From the NCBI GenBank assembly GCA_964529405.1, contig CAZGWE010000005.1, forward strand, positions 1-62,128: a stretch of 62,128 nucleotides of DNA, in the 5' to 3' direction. A program made the position numbers and the translations under genes. The stretch's first letter is position 1; every line of letters starts with the position of its first letter. The notes under the pieces are model-generated. The model was given only the letters and a program-made list of their open reading frames with translations, did not search any database and had not been told where the DNA came from. Positions 8,295 through 18,056 of the stretch are shown piece by piece. The DNA is from an uncultured Candidatus Saccharibacteria bacterium (GTDB taxonomy: Bacteria; Patescibacteriota; UBA1384; XYA2-FULL-43-10; 1-14-0-10-43-13).

Positions 8295-9728
8295 TTATCC
8301 TGCCAGTTCTCTTACCTCCACAGTCCCCTCCGGCAAACGGCGTTTCTCCAGGTCGGCAAAACGCATTTGGGCCGGGTTAAAGAAGACTTCAACCTGGCCG
8401 GTTGGACCGTTTCTATGCTTTTTGATTAGAATTTCAGTGATGCCCTTCTTTTCCGTATCGGGCTTGTAGTACTCCTCGCGGTACAAAAACATGACCATAT
8501 CGGCATCCTGCTCGATTGAGCCTGATTCTCTTAAATCCGACAGTTGCGGCCGCTTGTCATCCCGGTGCTCAACGGCCCGGGAGAGCTGGGAAAGGGCAAT
8601 GACCGGCACGTTCAATTCGCGGGCCAAGCCCTTGAGCGAGCGTGAAATTTCAGAGATCTCCTGAACACGGTTGCCGTCGGAACTGCGCGAGTGGCCGGAC
8701 ATCAATTGCAAATAGTCAACAATAATCATTCCCAATCCATGCTCCATTTGAAGGCGTCTGGCCTTGGCCCGAATCTCCATAACATTAGCTCCCGGCGAAT
8801 CGTCAATAAAAATTGGCGCCTCCGACAGAACGCCCATAGCATAACCGATCTTGGGAAAATCATCATCAGAGAGGTTGCCGGTACGCAGTTTCCAGGAGTC
8901 AACACCAGCTTGCGAGGATAGTAAACGGTCAACCAGCTGATCCTTGCTCATCTCCAGCGAAAATACGCCGACGGCAATTTTTTCTTCGATGGCGGCATGT
9001 TCGGCTAAATTCAAAGCGAATGAAGTTTTGCCCATCGAGGGACGGGCGGCCAGGATAACAAGATCGGATTTCTGCCAACCGGCTGTTAAATTATCGAGAT
9101 GCTTAAACCCGGAAGGCACTCCCCTGATCGCGCCTTTATCTTTATCTTTATGGATGTGGTCAATACGGTCAAAAGCCTCGGCCAAGACCTCTCGGATCGG
9201 TACAAATTTATCCTTTAAAAATTTTTGGGAGACAGCAAAGAGCGACTGTTCGGCCCTGTCGAGCGTTTCGACAAGTTCGCTCTCTTCGTCAAACCCCAGG
9301 TCAGCAATACTGCTGCCCGCCTTGATCAAACGGCGCAAAACTGCCTTATCGCGCGTAATCTGGGCATAATGGACAATGTTGGTGGCGGTCGGCGTTTCAT
9401 TGACGATTTGGGCCAGATAGCTCGAACCGCCGGCCTCGTCAATTTTATTCTCCGCTTCGAGCGTTTCGGAGAGCGTCACAATATCAACTGGCATCCGTTT
9501 TTCAAACAGTTTGATCATGGCGTCATAAATCAGGTTGTGCCGGTCTTCATAAAAATCTTCCGGCATCAGAATGTCAGCGATTTTAATGAAGGCATCCTTA
9601 TCGAGCAAAATGGCGCCCAGGACGCTCCGCTCGGCCTCAACATTCTGGGGCGGCATACGGACGCCAGAATAAGACGACCGGTTGTCGCGCCTCTCCGCAC
9701 CCTCACTTTTTGAATTTCCCCTCGGCAC
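8295..9728 (-). CDS. dnaB: Replicative DNA helicase DnaB
   Basis: PPQNVEAERSVLGAILLD N-domain, Walker A ARPSMGKTSFAL, IVDYLQLM, SRSLKGLARELNVPVIALSQLSR. Confidence 0.95.
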   Translation of the reverse strand: MPRGNSKSEGAERRDNRSSYSGVRMPPQNVEAERSVLGAILLDKDAFIKIADILMPEDFYEDRHNLIYDAMIKLFEKRMPVDIVTLSETLEAENKIDEAGGSSYLAQIVNETPTATNIVHYAQITRDKAVLRRLIKAGSSIADLGFDEESELVETLDRAEQSLFAVSQKFLKDKFVPIREVLAEAFDRIDHIHKDKDKGAIRGVPSGFKHLDNLTAGWQKSDLVILAARPSMGKTSFALNLAEHAAIEEKIAVGVFSLEMSKDQLVDRLLSSQAGVDSWKLRTGNLSDDDFPKIGYAMGVLSEAPIFIDDSPGANVMEIRAKARRLQMEHGLGMIIVDYLQLMSGHSRSSDGNRVQEISEISRSLKGLARELNVPVIALSQLSRAVEHRDDKRPQLSDLRESGSIEQDADMVMFLYREEYYKPDTEKKGITEILIKKHRNGPTGQVEVFFNPAQMRFADLEKRRLPEGTVEVRELAG

Positions 9729-9775
9729 TATCTCTTACCTCGCCAATTTTTTAAATTAAAAATTTATAGCTGCGT

Positions 9776-11404
9776 TCACCCCTCTACCTCGAAGACCTCT
9801 GCCACCGCTGCTTGCAGTTCGTCATCGCTGGCCGCTTTGGCCTCTTTTTTGGCCCCTTTGGCACCAATTAATTCGCATAAAATTTGATAATCAGACCCTG
9901 TTACATCCCTTAAAATTTTTTCCAGAATGTTGCGATTCTTGACTTCCGAGATTTTGTCTTTATGAAACTTGAACCGTACGCCTATGCTAAGCCGGCTGTT
10001 TGTTATATTCATCGGCTTAGCGTCGCGCAACAGTGCAAACAAGCTGGCATTTTCGACCTTAGCCAGGGCGGTGATTTTCTGCCAAATATCGGCCGTCATT
10101 TCAAGGACGGGAGCCAAGGCAGCCTCCGGCTGTTTATTATTTAATGGTTCGACTGTTTCATTGCTTTTCATGCCCCCGCCATCCCGATAAACCTGCGGCA
10201 CGGGATCATGTTTTTTTTGGCTATTGCCGGATTTTTCGTCCTCACCCCGTTTTGGTTTAGAATAACTTCCGATAATTTCGGGATTCGGATTTTGAATATT
10301 AGAATTTATTTCAAATTCAGGCTTTATGATTTCTGATTTGTCACCGCAAGTGGCCACGATAGCCATCTCGAGCGGCAGGAGAGGATTACTTACCTCCTTG
10401 ATCAATCTGCCCTTATCAATAAACTCCTGCAAAACGGTCCTAATTTGGTCAACCTCAAGTTTTGTCGCTAAGCCAACTACTTTTTTCTTATTTTCCTCCG
10501 TGTCCTCGTGCATCGGTTTGCCGGCAATTCGAGCGAGGAGAATTTCCCGCAAACTCTCGATAATTTCGCTGTTCAGCTGCGCAATATCGGCGCCGCTCTC
10601 GTACACAGCCTGGACGATTTTTAATCCCTCCTCCGGGACGCCATTAAAAATCGTCTCTATTAAGCGGAAAACCTCCTCGCTCTGACTTAAACCCAAAACG
10701 TTAACTACATCAGGAACTGAAACCTTGTTGGAAAAAGCGGCGACTTGCTCAAATAAAGAAATACTGTCCCTGTGCCCGCCCGCCGCGGCAATGGCAATCA
10801 GGTCAAGCGAACCGTCATCAATCTCAATCTTCTCGGCTTGAGCAATTTTCTTTAAATTCTGTTTTATCTCTTCTTTCGAAACGCGGCGAAAGTCATACCG
10901 CTGGACGCGGGAAAGGATGGTGGCCGGCAATTTGTGAACTTCGGTCGTGGCCAGGATAAAAACGACATGGCCCGGCGGTTCTTCAAGCGTCTTTAGAAGG
11001 GCGTTAAAAGCACTCTTTGACAGCATATGGACTTCATCAATGATATAGACTTTCTTCTTGGCCTTGCCTGGGGCAATTCTGGCCTGGCCAATCAGCTCGC
11101 GAACATCGTCAACGCCGGTGTGCGAAGCAGCATCGATCTCGACTATATCTAATGCCCGGCCCTCTTTTATCTCCCGGCAGATATCACACTCGTCACATGG
11201 CTCGGCATCTTTTGGGTTGGTGCAATTAATAGCCTTGGCTAACAATCTAGCCGTGGTCGTTTTGCCAGTACCTCGTGGACCAGTTAGCAAATAAGCATGG
11301 CTCTCCATGCCATTTTTGAGTGCAGAAAGCAGGGTCTGGCTTATGTGGTCCTGGCCAACCAAATCAACAAACTTTTGCGGTCTGTATTTTAGATAAAAAG
11401 CCAT
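9776..11404 (-). CDS. dnaX: DNA polymerase III subunit gamma/tau
   Basis: YRPQKFVDLVGQ, Walker A GPRGTGKTT, zinc module CDECDIC, DEVHML, SRVQRY. Confidence 0.95.
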   Translation of the reverse strand: MAFYLKYRPQKFVDLVGQDHISQTLLSALKNGMESHAYLLTGPRGTGKTTTARLLAKAINCTNPKDAEPCDECDICREIKEGRALDIVEIDAASHTGVDDVRELIGQARIAPGKAKKKVYIIDEVHMLSKSAFNALLKTLEEPPGHVVFILATTEVHKLPATILSRVQRYDFRRVSKEEIKQNLKKIAQAEKIEIDDGSLDLIAIAAAGGHRDSISLFEQVAAFSNKVSVPDVVNVLGLSQSEEVFRLIETIFNGVPEEGLKIVQAVYESGADIAQLNSEIIESLREILLARIAGKPMHEDTEENKKKVVGLATKLEVDQIRTVLQEFIDKGRLIKEVSNPLLPLEMAIVATCGDKSEIIKPEFEINSNIQNPNPEIIGSYSKPKRGEDEKSGNSQKKHDPVPQVYRDGGGMKSNETVEPLNNKQPEAALAPVLEMTADIWQKITALAKVENASLFALLRDAKPMNITNSRLSIGVRFKFHKDKISEVKNRNILEKILRDVTGSDYQILCELIGAKGAKKEAKAASDDELQAAVAEVFEVEG

Positions 11405-11470
11405 GCGCTCCTTCCAGTCGCGCCCCTACGAAAATACGAATCTGAACGAAATTACCAAATTATGAATAAT

Positions 11471-11502
11471 GATCCTTTGTCATCCCCGCGAAGGCAGGGA
11501 TC
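11471..11502. repeat. Short hairpin element (GTCATCC...GGATC family)
   Basis: gatcctttgtcatccccgcgaaggcagggatc. Same head/tail as the elements at 25946, 26901 and 51233. Confidence 0.6.
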
Positions 11503-11622
11503 TATTCGTAGTTTCGCGAGGGGTAAGGCAACTTGCTATCATTATAGCCCCTCTGCCAACGTATCGTGAAGCGATGGCTTATTTGCCACTCCTGCGCTCA
11601 AAGGCCGATTTTGAGCCTAAAC

Positions 11623-11654
11623 TTATCCCCAGGTTGTGCACAGAGTTATGCACA
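11623..11654 (+). promoter_or_regulatory. Cluster of three DnaA-box-like 9-mers
   Basis: TTATCCCCA (11623), TTGTGCACA (11634) and TTATGCACA (11646), in direct orientation with 11-12 bp phasing, inside the divergent dnaX/pilB intergenic region. An AT-rich tract follows. Confidence 0.4.
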
Positions 11655-11822
11655 CCTCTCTCTCCTCCCCGTCAAACGATATTAAACCGATAATAAATAT
11701 CGGTCCAACGTCTTGCTTAAAATTACGGAAAAATGATACAATATTGATAAGAAAGATAATGGAAAGTCCCCCTTCGCCAAAGCTACGGGGGATGCCCCGA
11801 TATCCGGGGCAGAGGGGCAAGT

Positions 11823-14039
11823 ATGGTTCGGCAGGAGTTGGCCAGGCAACTGGCTAAAAAGGCAAAAATAACCCAGCGTCAAGCTGAAAATATTATCATT
11901 GCCTTTGGCGCGACAATTAGAGAAGCTCTCGAGAAAGGCGACAAGATCGTCTATTCTAACTTTGGTACTTTTTACACCGTCCACTATCCCTCCAAAATAA
12001 TAATGCACCCCAAATACGGCGCCGCCAAAAAAATGGTTATGCTGCCGACCAATGTCGCCAAATGGATGCCAGCCGAAAATATCAAAAAAATGGTCGCTAG
12101 TGGCAAAATAATCGAAAATCCCACTATGCACGGCAAAAAACGAAAAACGGAAACTGGCAATGATTCCGTTATCCGTCATCCGTCATCCGTCCCCCAATCG
12201 GAAGGCATCGAAATCCCCATCAAGCGCTCTGCCTCAAAAAAAGAGGCCGGGATAGAAAAAGCAACACAAATAACCGGTCCCGACAATAACCTCGTCTTCC
12301 AAAATAACGCAGGAGAGCCAGCCGCACCGGCAACCGGCAACATTGCTGAAAATCTGACGCCTGACGAAAACGAGAATACCAATCCCGAAGACAAGCATAA
12401 AACACTCTGGAACCGTCTCTGGGGCGACAAAAACGACGAGACGGCTGCAACGGTTGAAACAGCCGTAGAAAAGCTGCCGCCCTTCACCTCCGATTACTCT
12501 AATATCGCCTATATAGACCTCTCCAAAACAACCGTACCCAAAGAAATCCTCCAGCTTATTCCGGAAAAGATCGCCCGGAAATACAAAGCCGTTCCGATCG
12601 AAGAAAGCGAGGGCAAGTTAGTTTTGGCGATGAGCGATCCGGAAGATATCGAGGCTAAGGAAATAATTAAAAAATACTGCCAGAAGCAGCTTTTGATCCG
12701 TCTGTCTTCGGAATTGGATGTCAATCATATCATTGACCAATACCAGGGCCTCGAGTCAGAAGTTGAGGAAGCCATAGAAACCAATGAGGATGAACTTAAA
12801 AAAGATGGCGACAAACAGAAAAAAACTCTGCTGGAGTCAACTCTGAACGATGCCCCGGCGGCCCGCATTGTCACTTCGCTTCTAAAGCGGGCTATTCGCG
12901 ATAAAGCCTCCGACATCCACATCGAACCGGCCGAAAAAGAGATCCAGGTACGTTTTCGGCTCGACGGCATATTAAGAAAAAAAGTTACTCTGCCCAAGGA
13001 TATCCATCTGGCTGTCATTTCGCGCATCAAAATTATGGCCAATCTGAAGATAGACGAGCAAAGGCTGCCCCAGGACGGCCGTTTTAGCATCAATGCTGAC
13101 GGGCATAGAGTTGATTTTCGAATCTCCACCATGCCGACTGCTTATGGCGAGAAGGTCGTTATGCGCGTCTTGGATAAGTCGGCCGGAATTTTAACTGTCG
13201 AGCAGTTGGGCTTGCTGGGCAGCGGTCTTGACACCCTGAAGGCCAACCTCGACAAATCACACGGTATGATCCTGGTCACCGGACCGACCGGCTCCGGCAA
13301 GACAACAACCCTTTATGCTCTGATAGATAAACTTTTCAATGAGGGTGTTAATATTATTACCCTTGAGGATCCGATCGAATATCAAGTTCCCGGCATTAAC
13401 CAAAGTCAGGTCAACCACGAAATTAACTACACTTTCGCCTCCGGCCTCCGTTCAATTGTCCGACAGGACCCCGATATTATCATGATCGGAGAAATTCGCG
13501 ACAGCGAAACAGCCGAGATGGCTGTCCAGGCCGCACTCACCGGCCATGTTGTCCTTTCAACTCTCCACACCAATGATGCGGCCGGCGCCGCTCCCCGCCT
13601 GATTGACATGAAAGTCGAACCGTTCTTGCTCACTTCATCTTTAAACCTGGTCATCGGCCAACGTCTGGCCAGAAAAACCTGCGAGGAGTGCAAAGAGGAA
13701 ACCAAGGTTAGCGAAGCGGAAATTAAAACCGTTAACTTAATCATCGCCAAAATGCCGGCTGCCGAAAGAGAAAAATACACCAAGGCCGAGTTGAAGTTTT
13801 TTAAGGGCAAGGGTTGCAAAACTTGTTCCGGTTCCGGTTACAAGGGCCGGCTGGGCGTTTACGAAGTTATGGCAGTAAACGAACCGGTTAAGGAGCTGGT
13901 ATTAAAAAAGGCCTCCTCCGACGCCATTGCCCAAACTGCCGTCAAGGGTGGCATGGTTACCATGGTCCAGGACGGCATCATCAAAGCCATAGAAGGCATC
14001 ACCACGCTGGAAGAGGTCTGGAGAGTAACGAAGGATTAA
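11823..14039 (+). CDS. pilB: HU/IHF-like DNA-binding domain fused to type IV pilus assembly ATPase PilB (GspE family)
   Basis: Residues 1-95 are HU-like (ALEKGDKIVYSNFGTFYTV...). A ~130 aa low-complexity linker follows. Then a GspE N-domain (KYKAVPIEESEGKLVLAMSDP), Walker A GPTGSGKTTTLYA, GEIRD, TGHVVLSTLHTNDA, and CEEC...CKTCSGSGYKGR. Confidence 0.85.
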   Translation: MVRQELARQLAKKAKITQRQAENIIIAFGATIREALEKGDKIVYSNFGTFYTVHYPSKIIMHPKYGAAKKMVMLPTNVAKWMPAENIKKMVASGKIIENPTMHGKKRKTETGNDSVIRHPSSVPQSEGIEIPIKRSASKKEAGIEKATQITGPDNNLVFQNNAGEPAAPATGNIAENLTPDENENTNPEDKHKTLWNRLWGDKNDETAATVETAVEKLPPFTSDYSNIAYIDLSKTTVPKEILQLIPEKIARKYKAVPIEESEGKLVLAMSDPEDIEAKEIIKKYCQKQLLIRLSSELDVNHIIDQYQGLESEVEEAIETNEDELKKDGDKQKKTLLESTLNDAPAARIVTSLLKRAIRDKASDIHIEPAEKEIQVRFRLDGILRKKVTLPKDIHLAVISRIKIMANLKIDEQRLPQDGRFSINADGHRVDFRISTMPTAYGEKVVMRVLDKSAGILTVEQLGLLGSGLDTLKANLDKSHGMILVTGPTGSGKTTTLYALIDKLFNEGVNIITLEDPIEYQVPGINQSQVNHEINYTFASGLRSIVRQDPDIIMIGEIRDSETAEMAVQAALTGHVVLSTLHTNDAAGAAPRLIDMKVEPFLLTSSLNLVIGQRLARKTCEECKEETKVSEAEIKTVNLIIAKMPAAEREKYTKAELKFFKGKGCKTCSGSGYKGRLGVYEVMAVNEPVKELVLKKASSDAIAQTAVKGGMVTMVQDGIIKAIEGITTLEEVWRVTKD

Positions 14040-14065
14040 TAAAAGTGCGAAAGTACTTGATTGTT

Positions 14066-15256
14066 ATGCGATTTTCATACACGGCAAAAGACAAAACAGG
14101 CAAAGTTATCCAAGGCGCCGTTGAAGCCAACAACGAAAAGGGCGTCTCTTCTGTCCTGCACAATAAAGGCCTTTTTGCCATCGCCGTCAAAGCAGAATCT
14201 AAAGGCTTGGTTATTTTCAGGCGCAAGGTCAGCGCTAAAGACAAGATCATTTTCACGGAACAACTCCAAATTATGATTAAGGCCGGGCTGCCTTTAGCTG
14301 TCGCTATGGAATCGCTGAAAGATGAAACCGAAAATAAGAATTTTGCCAAGCAGATCAATCAAATTATGGCCGATATCGAAGGGGGCGAATCGCTCTCCAA
14401 TGCCCTAGCCAAACACCCTTCTACTTTTAGCGAAATATATGTCAATATGATCCGTTCGGGCGAAAAAAATGGTAAACTGGATATTGTCCTGGAACGCTTA
14501 ATCCAACAAACGTCAAAAGAGTATGAACTTAACCGTAAAATCCGCGGTGCCCTTAGTTATCCCATCTTTGTTTTTGTGGTTCTAATCTGCGTCCTGGTCC
14601 TGATCCTGGTTTTCATCATTCCACAGCTTAAACTTATCTTCGATGACGCCGGCATCGAACTTCCGGCCCTGACCAAAGCCGTCATTGCCTTAAGCCTTTT
14701 TTTAACCAAGTACGGCCTCTTTGTCCTTGGAGGCGCAGTAGCGTTGTTTATAACTCTGTCCCGCTGGCGAAAAACTTCCTCCGGCAAGCACTTCTTCGAC
14801 GCTCTGGTCTTGCACGTTCCCGTCATCGGTACTTTGCTCAAAAAAAGCTATATGTCCCGCTTCACCCGTACCTTTGCTTCACTCGTTGCTTCGGGCCTGC
14901 CCCTGCTGGAAATCTTCAAGATTTCCGGCAACGTGGTCGGCAATGTTTATTATGAAGAAGAAATCACCGGCATGGCGGACAAGGTCAAGAACGGGGTAGC
15001 TGTTTCTGCAACGCTCAAAGAGAGCAAATATTTTCCCGGCATTATCGGCCAATTAGCTGCTGTCGGCGAAAAATCGGGTAGTCTTGACGACGTTTTTAAC
15101 AACATGGCTGATTTCTTTGACCGGGATATTGACAATATGACAGCCAATCTTTCAACCATGCTTGAACCGATCCTTATGGCCGTGATGGGTGCCGGTATCG
15201 GCATAATTATAATTTCGGTCTTGCAACCGATGTATGGATTGGTCAATGCAATATAA
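14066..15256 (+). CDS. pilC: Type IV pilus platform protein PilC (GspF family)
   Basis: MRFSYTAKDKTGKVIQG start. Two GspF repeats with three TM segments. The track ORF starts at GTG 14045. Confidence 0.9.
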   Translation: MRFSYTAKDKTGKVIQGAVEANNEKGVSSVLHNKGLFAIAVKAESKGLVIFRRKVSAKDKIIFTEQLQIMIKAGLPLAVAMESLKDETENKNFAKQINQIMADIEGGESLSNALAKHPSTFSEIYVNMIRSGEKNGKLDIVLERLIQQTSKEYELNRKIRGALSYPIFVFVVLICVLVLILVFIIPQLKLIFDDAGIELPALTKAVIALSLFLTKYGLFVLGGAVALFITLSRWRKTSSGKHFFDALVLHVPVIGTLLKKSYMSRFTRTFASLVASGLPLLEIFKISGNVVGNVYYEEEITGMADKVKNGVAVSATLKESKYFPGIIGQLAAVGEKSGSLDDVFNNMADFFDRDIDNMTANLSTMLEPILMAVMGAGIGIIIISVLQPMYGLVNAI

Positions 15257-15268
15257 TAAATCAAGGAT

Positions 15269-16246
15269 ATGAGGAATTATATGACAGGGCTTTTTTCACA
15301 AAATAACACTCTCGGCCTTGACATTGGCTCCGATGCCCTAAAACTCGTCGAGCTTAAACCGGACGGGAATGGTTTTGCCGTGGTTAGCTCAATTGACTTG
15401 CCGATATCCGAAAGAATCATCGAAAAAGACCTGTTTAAAGACAAAGAAATGACTGTTAAAATAATTAAGGAGACATGCCAAAAAGCCAAACCGGTTGAAA
15501 TCAGAGCCAAAAAGCTTGTTACCGCCTTGCCGGAAACATATATTTTTTCCAAAGTTATTCAACTGCCCAAGATGAGACCGGGCGAATACGAAAAGGCCGT
15601 GCCGCTTGAAGCAGCCCAAACTTTGCCTATTCCCATCGAAGAAACTTGTATTGATTACCAAATATTATCGCAGCATCCCGACTCATCTTTAGTTGACATC
15701 TTGCTGGTGGCAGCTCCGAAGCGCTTGGTTGATGAGTACCTTGAGGTCACAAAAATGGCCGGATTGGATTTAGTCGCCATCGAAACCAAACCGTTAGCCT
15801 CGGGACGGGCCATCTTGACAGACAAAGATAACAGCGGGCTGGCTATTATCGAGATTGGTACGGAAGTGTCCCGAGTCTCAATCTGGGAGGAAAGAAATAT
15901 CCGTCTTACCACCACTATCGGTGTCGGCAAAAACCAGATAGACACAAGTTTGGCTGACGACGAAGAACCTTACAAGATTGGCAATTTAGAACAGAGCGAA
16001 ATTCTAGCCCAGATCAGCAAAGAGCTGCTTGAGGTTATCAAATACCATCAAAACCGCGATTACAAACCCCGGCCGGTTGAGAAAATCTATCTCTGCGGTT
16101 CGGGCGGCAAGATCGCCAATTTAGCTGCCTACCTGACTGACAAAGTTAAAATCAAGTGCGAGATCGGCAAGCCGAACGTGGCCGGCAAGATCCAATTAGG
16201 AACAGAATTTGCCATTGCGGCCGGTTTAGCCATGAGGAAAGAATGA
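15269..16246 (+). CDS. pilM: Type IV pilus assembly protein PilM (actin-like)
   Basis: LGLDIGSDALKLVELK, position after pilC, ~325 aa. Confidence 0.8.
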   Translation: MRNYMTGLFSQNNTLGLDIGSDALKLVELKPDGNGFAVVSSIDLPISERIIEKDLFKDKEMTVKIIKETCQKAKPVEIRAKKLVTALPETYIFSKVIQLPKMRPGEYEKAVPLEAAQTLPIPIEETCIDYQILSQHPDSSLVDILLVAAPKRLVDEYLEVTKMAGLDLVAIETKPLASGRAILTDKDNSGLAIIEIGTEVSRVSIWEERNIRLTTTIGVGKNQIDTSLADDEEPYKIGNLEQSEILAQISKELLEVIKYHQNRDYKPRPVEKIYLCGSGGKIANLAAYLTDKVKIKCEIGKPNVAGKIQLGTEFAIAAGLAMRKE

Positions 16247-16782
16247 TGATCAACCTTATCCCGACACAACTCAAGCGAGAACGTAAACTTAAGGCGGCTG
16301 CCGGGTCGGCCTCTTTGGCGGTTGCTCTCTTGATTATTGTTATAGCGATAATCTCGGAACTGCTGGGCTACCTGGCCGGAACCAGCCAAAGCCGTTTGAA
16401 ATCAATTGAAGATAAAATTTCTACCGCCAATAAATCAGCGGAGCAGTATGGCGAGATTGAACAGAAAATTAATCAGATTAACGGGAAACTGGTAAAAATT
16501 GAGACGGTTAATAAAAACCGGCCGCTCTGGAGTCTGGTTATAGCCGAATTTGAAAAATCCGTGCCCGTTCAAACCAGCATCAACAGTCTAAGTATGGACC
16601 AGGCTACCGGAACACTTGTCCTAAGCGGACAGGCCGAATCGCGGCGCGAAATTGCCAAATTTAAGGAAAAAATGGAGAGCTCCCCGTTTTTCAAAGACGT
16701 TTACTTCTCTTCGTCGGCCTATCAAAGCGGCCAAAATAATTTTAGTTTTTCTATCACGGCTAATTTAGAGAGAGTGAAATGA
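16243..16782 (+). CDS. pilN: PilN-like bitopic pilus assembly protein
   Basis: MMINLIPTQLKRERKLK + TM + coiled coil. ATGA overlap with the pilM stop. The track start at 16156 lies inside pilM. Confidence 0.7.
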   Translation: MMINLIPTQLKRERKLKAAAGSASLAVALLIIVIAIISELLGYLAGTSQSRLKSIEDKISTANKSAEQYGEIEQKINQINGKLVKIETVNKNRPLWSLVIAEFEKSVPVQTSINSLSMDQATGTLVLSGQAESRREIAKFKEKMESSPFFKDVYFSSSAYQSGQNNFSFSITANLERVK

Positions 16783-17354
16783 TCGCTTTTTGGAAAAAAA
16801 CCGTTCTTCTCTCAACCATCTGCCTAATGGTATTTTTTGGCCTTGTCTGGTTCAGGTTTCTGCCCAATTTAAAAGCCATCATCCGAAACAATAAAGAAAC
16901 TGCGCAGAAAGAAACGGAACTAAAGGCAATCAATGACAAGATTGCCGTTTTGAAAGGTTCCGAATCTGATTCCGAAGAGATTTCAAACGCCCTTACCACT
17001 GTAAATGAGCTCTGGCCAGACAAAGAAGAAGTCAGCAACTTTATTGTCGAGATCGAAGGTTTGACCGCCAAAAAAGGTTTAATTTTGGATAGCCTCTCCG
17101 TGATCGAAAAACCGGCCGCAAAAGCCGACAACGGGGGAAGCGGCAGTAAATCAGAAAACAAAGAGAGCGCAAAATCGGCTAAAGATGGTATCGGTTTTAA
17201 CTTTGACACCTCCGGTCATTATACCGTTATCAAAGAATTCATTGCTGATTTAGAAAAATTATCGCGCTTCAACACTGTTTCCACCGTCTCATTAACTAAC
17301 GGCAGCCAGGACATGATTGCAATAAGGATCAACGGTTACATCTATGCAAAATAA
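16779..17354 (+). CDS. pilO: PilO-like pilus assembly protein
   Basis: N-terminal TM, coiled coil, C-terminal alpha/beta region. 4-nt overlap with pilN. Confidence 0.6.
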   Translation: MIAFWKKTVLLSTICLMVFFGLVWFRFLPNLKAIIRNNKETAQKETELKAINDKIAVLKGSESDSEEISNALTTVNELWPDKEEVSNFIVEIEGLTAKKGLILDSLSVIEKPAAKADNGGSGSKSENKESAKSAKDGIGFNFDTSGHYTVIKEFIADLEKLSRFNTVSTVSLTNGSQDMIAIRINGYIYAK

Positions 17355-17586
17355 AACGCCTCTAAATTTAATAATTCTTGGTTTTATCCTGATTGCCGGA
17401 GGAGTGTTTTTCTTCTGGCGTTTTTCTCAACCCCCCTCCGCGGCTGATAAGCCGGACGAGTCAACGGTTCTCAAAATCAACAAAACGACCCTCAACGAGC
17501 TAGCCAAACCGAAGAATTATGGCCAATCCATTTCGACTGATGAACCGGGCTTCGGCCGGGAAAACCCCTTTGCTCCCTACAAATAG
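17344..17586 (+). CDS. Small membrane protein at the end of the pilus operon
   Basis: 80 aa, one TM (LNLIILGFILIAGGVFFFW). Overlaps the pilO end. Confidence 0.45.
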   Translation: MQNKTPLNLIILGFILIAGGVFFFWRFSQPPSAADKPDESTVLKINKTTLNELAKPKNYGQSISTDEPGFGRENPFAPYK

Positions 17587-17615
17587 GCCAAAAGACCAAT
17601 AACGTTCTTCCGTCT

Positions 17616-18017
17616 TTATTGTTTTTCGATTTCGCCGCTTGCCTTTACCAACGACTCCTTAATCTTCTTTATCACTTCCCCGGGCATGATTTCGCTTTTG
17701 ATCAGATAATGATCGTAATCTCTCATCTGCTCTTTAATTTTATCAATCTCTTTTATGAGCGCTGTCAGAAGAATAACCGGGATACCTTCGGTTTCTTTGT
17801 CGGCTCTTAATTTCTTCATGACATCAATACCGTTAATTTTTGGCATCATAATGTCTAAAATAATGATGTCTGGTTTCTCCCTGAATGCTTTTTGAAGCGC
17901 TTCTTCGCCATCTGAAGCAGAAATAACAACATAACCCTCCTCTTTAATGCGGGCTTCATACATCTCCCGAAGGATCATATCGTCATCAACGATCAATACT
18001 TTCGGCTGATTGGCCAT
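17616..18017 (-). CDS. Single-domain response regulator (CheY-like receiver)
   Basis: KVLIVDDDMILREMYE, DIIILDIMMPKINGIDV, ILLTA. ATG 18017 is preferred over the track start at 18038. Confidence 0.85.
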   Translation of the reverse strand: MANQPKVLIVDDDMILREMYEARIKEEGYVVISASDGEEALQKAFREKPDIIILDIMMPKINGIDVMKKLRADKETEGIPVILLTALIKEIDKIKEQMRDYDHYLIKSEIMPGEVIKKIKESLVKASGEIEKQ

Positions 18018-18056
18018 TGCTACCTCCTTAATGATCAATGTTTACGACACGTCTTA

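Noticed and set aside
8944-9713. Plus-strand ORFs (8944-9369, 9225-9713) inside dnaB. Similar antisense ORFs lie in pilB (12725-13132, 13427-13819), the wecA-like gene (45578-46282), dnaE (37095-37439, 37863-38237) and the radical SAM gene (53365-53669, 54078-54446).
   Set aside because: They are shadow ORFs opposite well-supported conserved genes, with low-complexity translations and no SD.
11405-11822. SRP RNA (ffs), which often lies upstream of dnaX.
   Set aside because: I could not find the conserved 4.5S/SRP domain IV motifs (GGAAG...AGCAG-type symmetric loop context) on either strand.
16156-16242. Upstream extension of the PilN ORF.
   Set aside because: It lies entirely inside pilM in another frame. 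The ATGA stop/start overlap at 16243 gives the canonical MMINLIP... PilN start.
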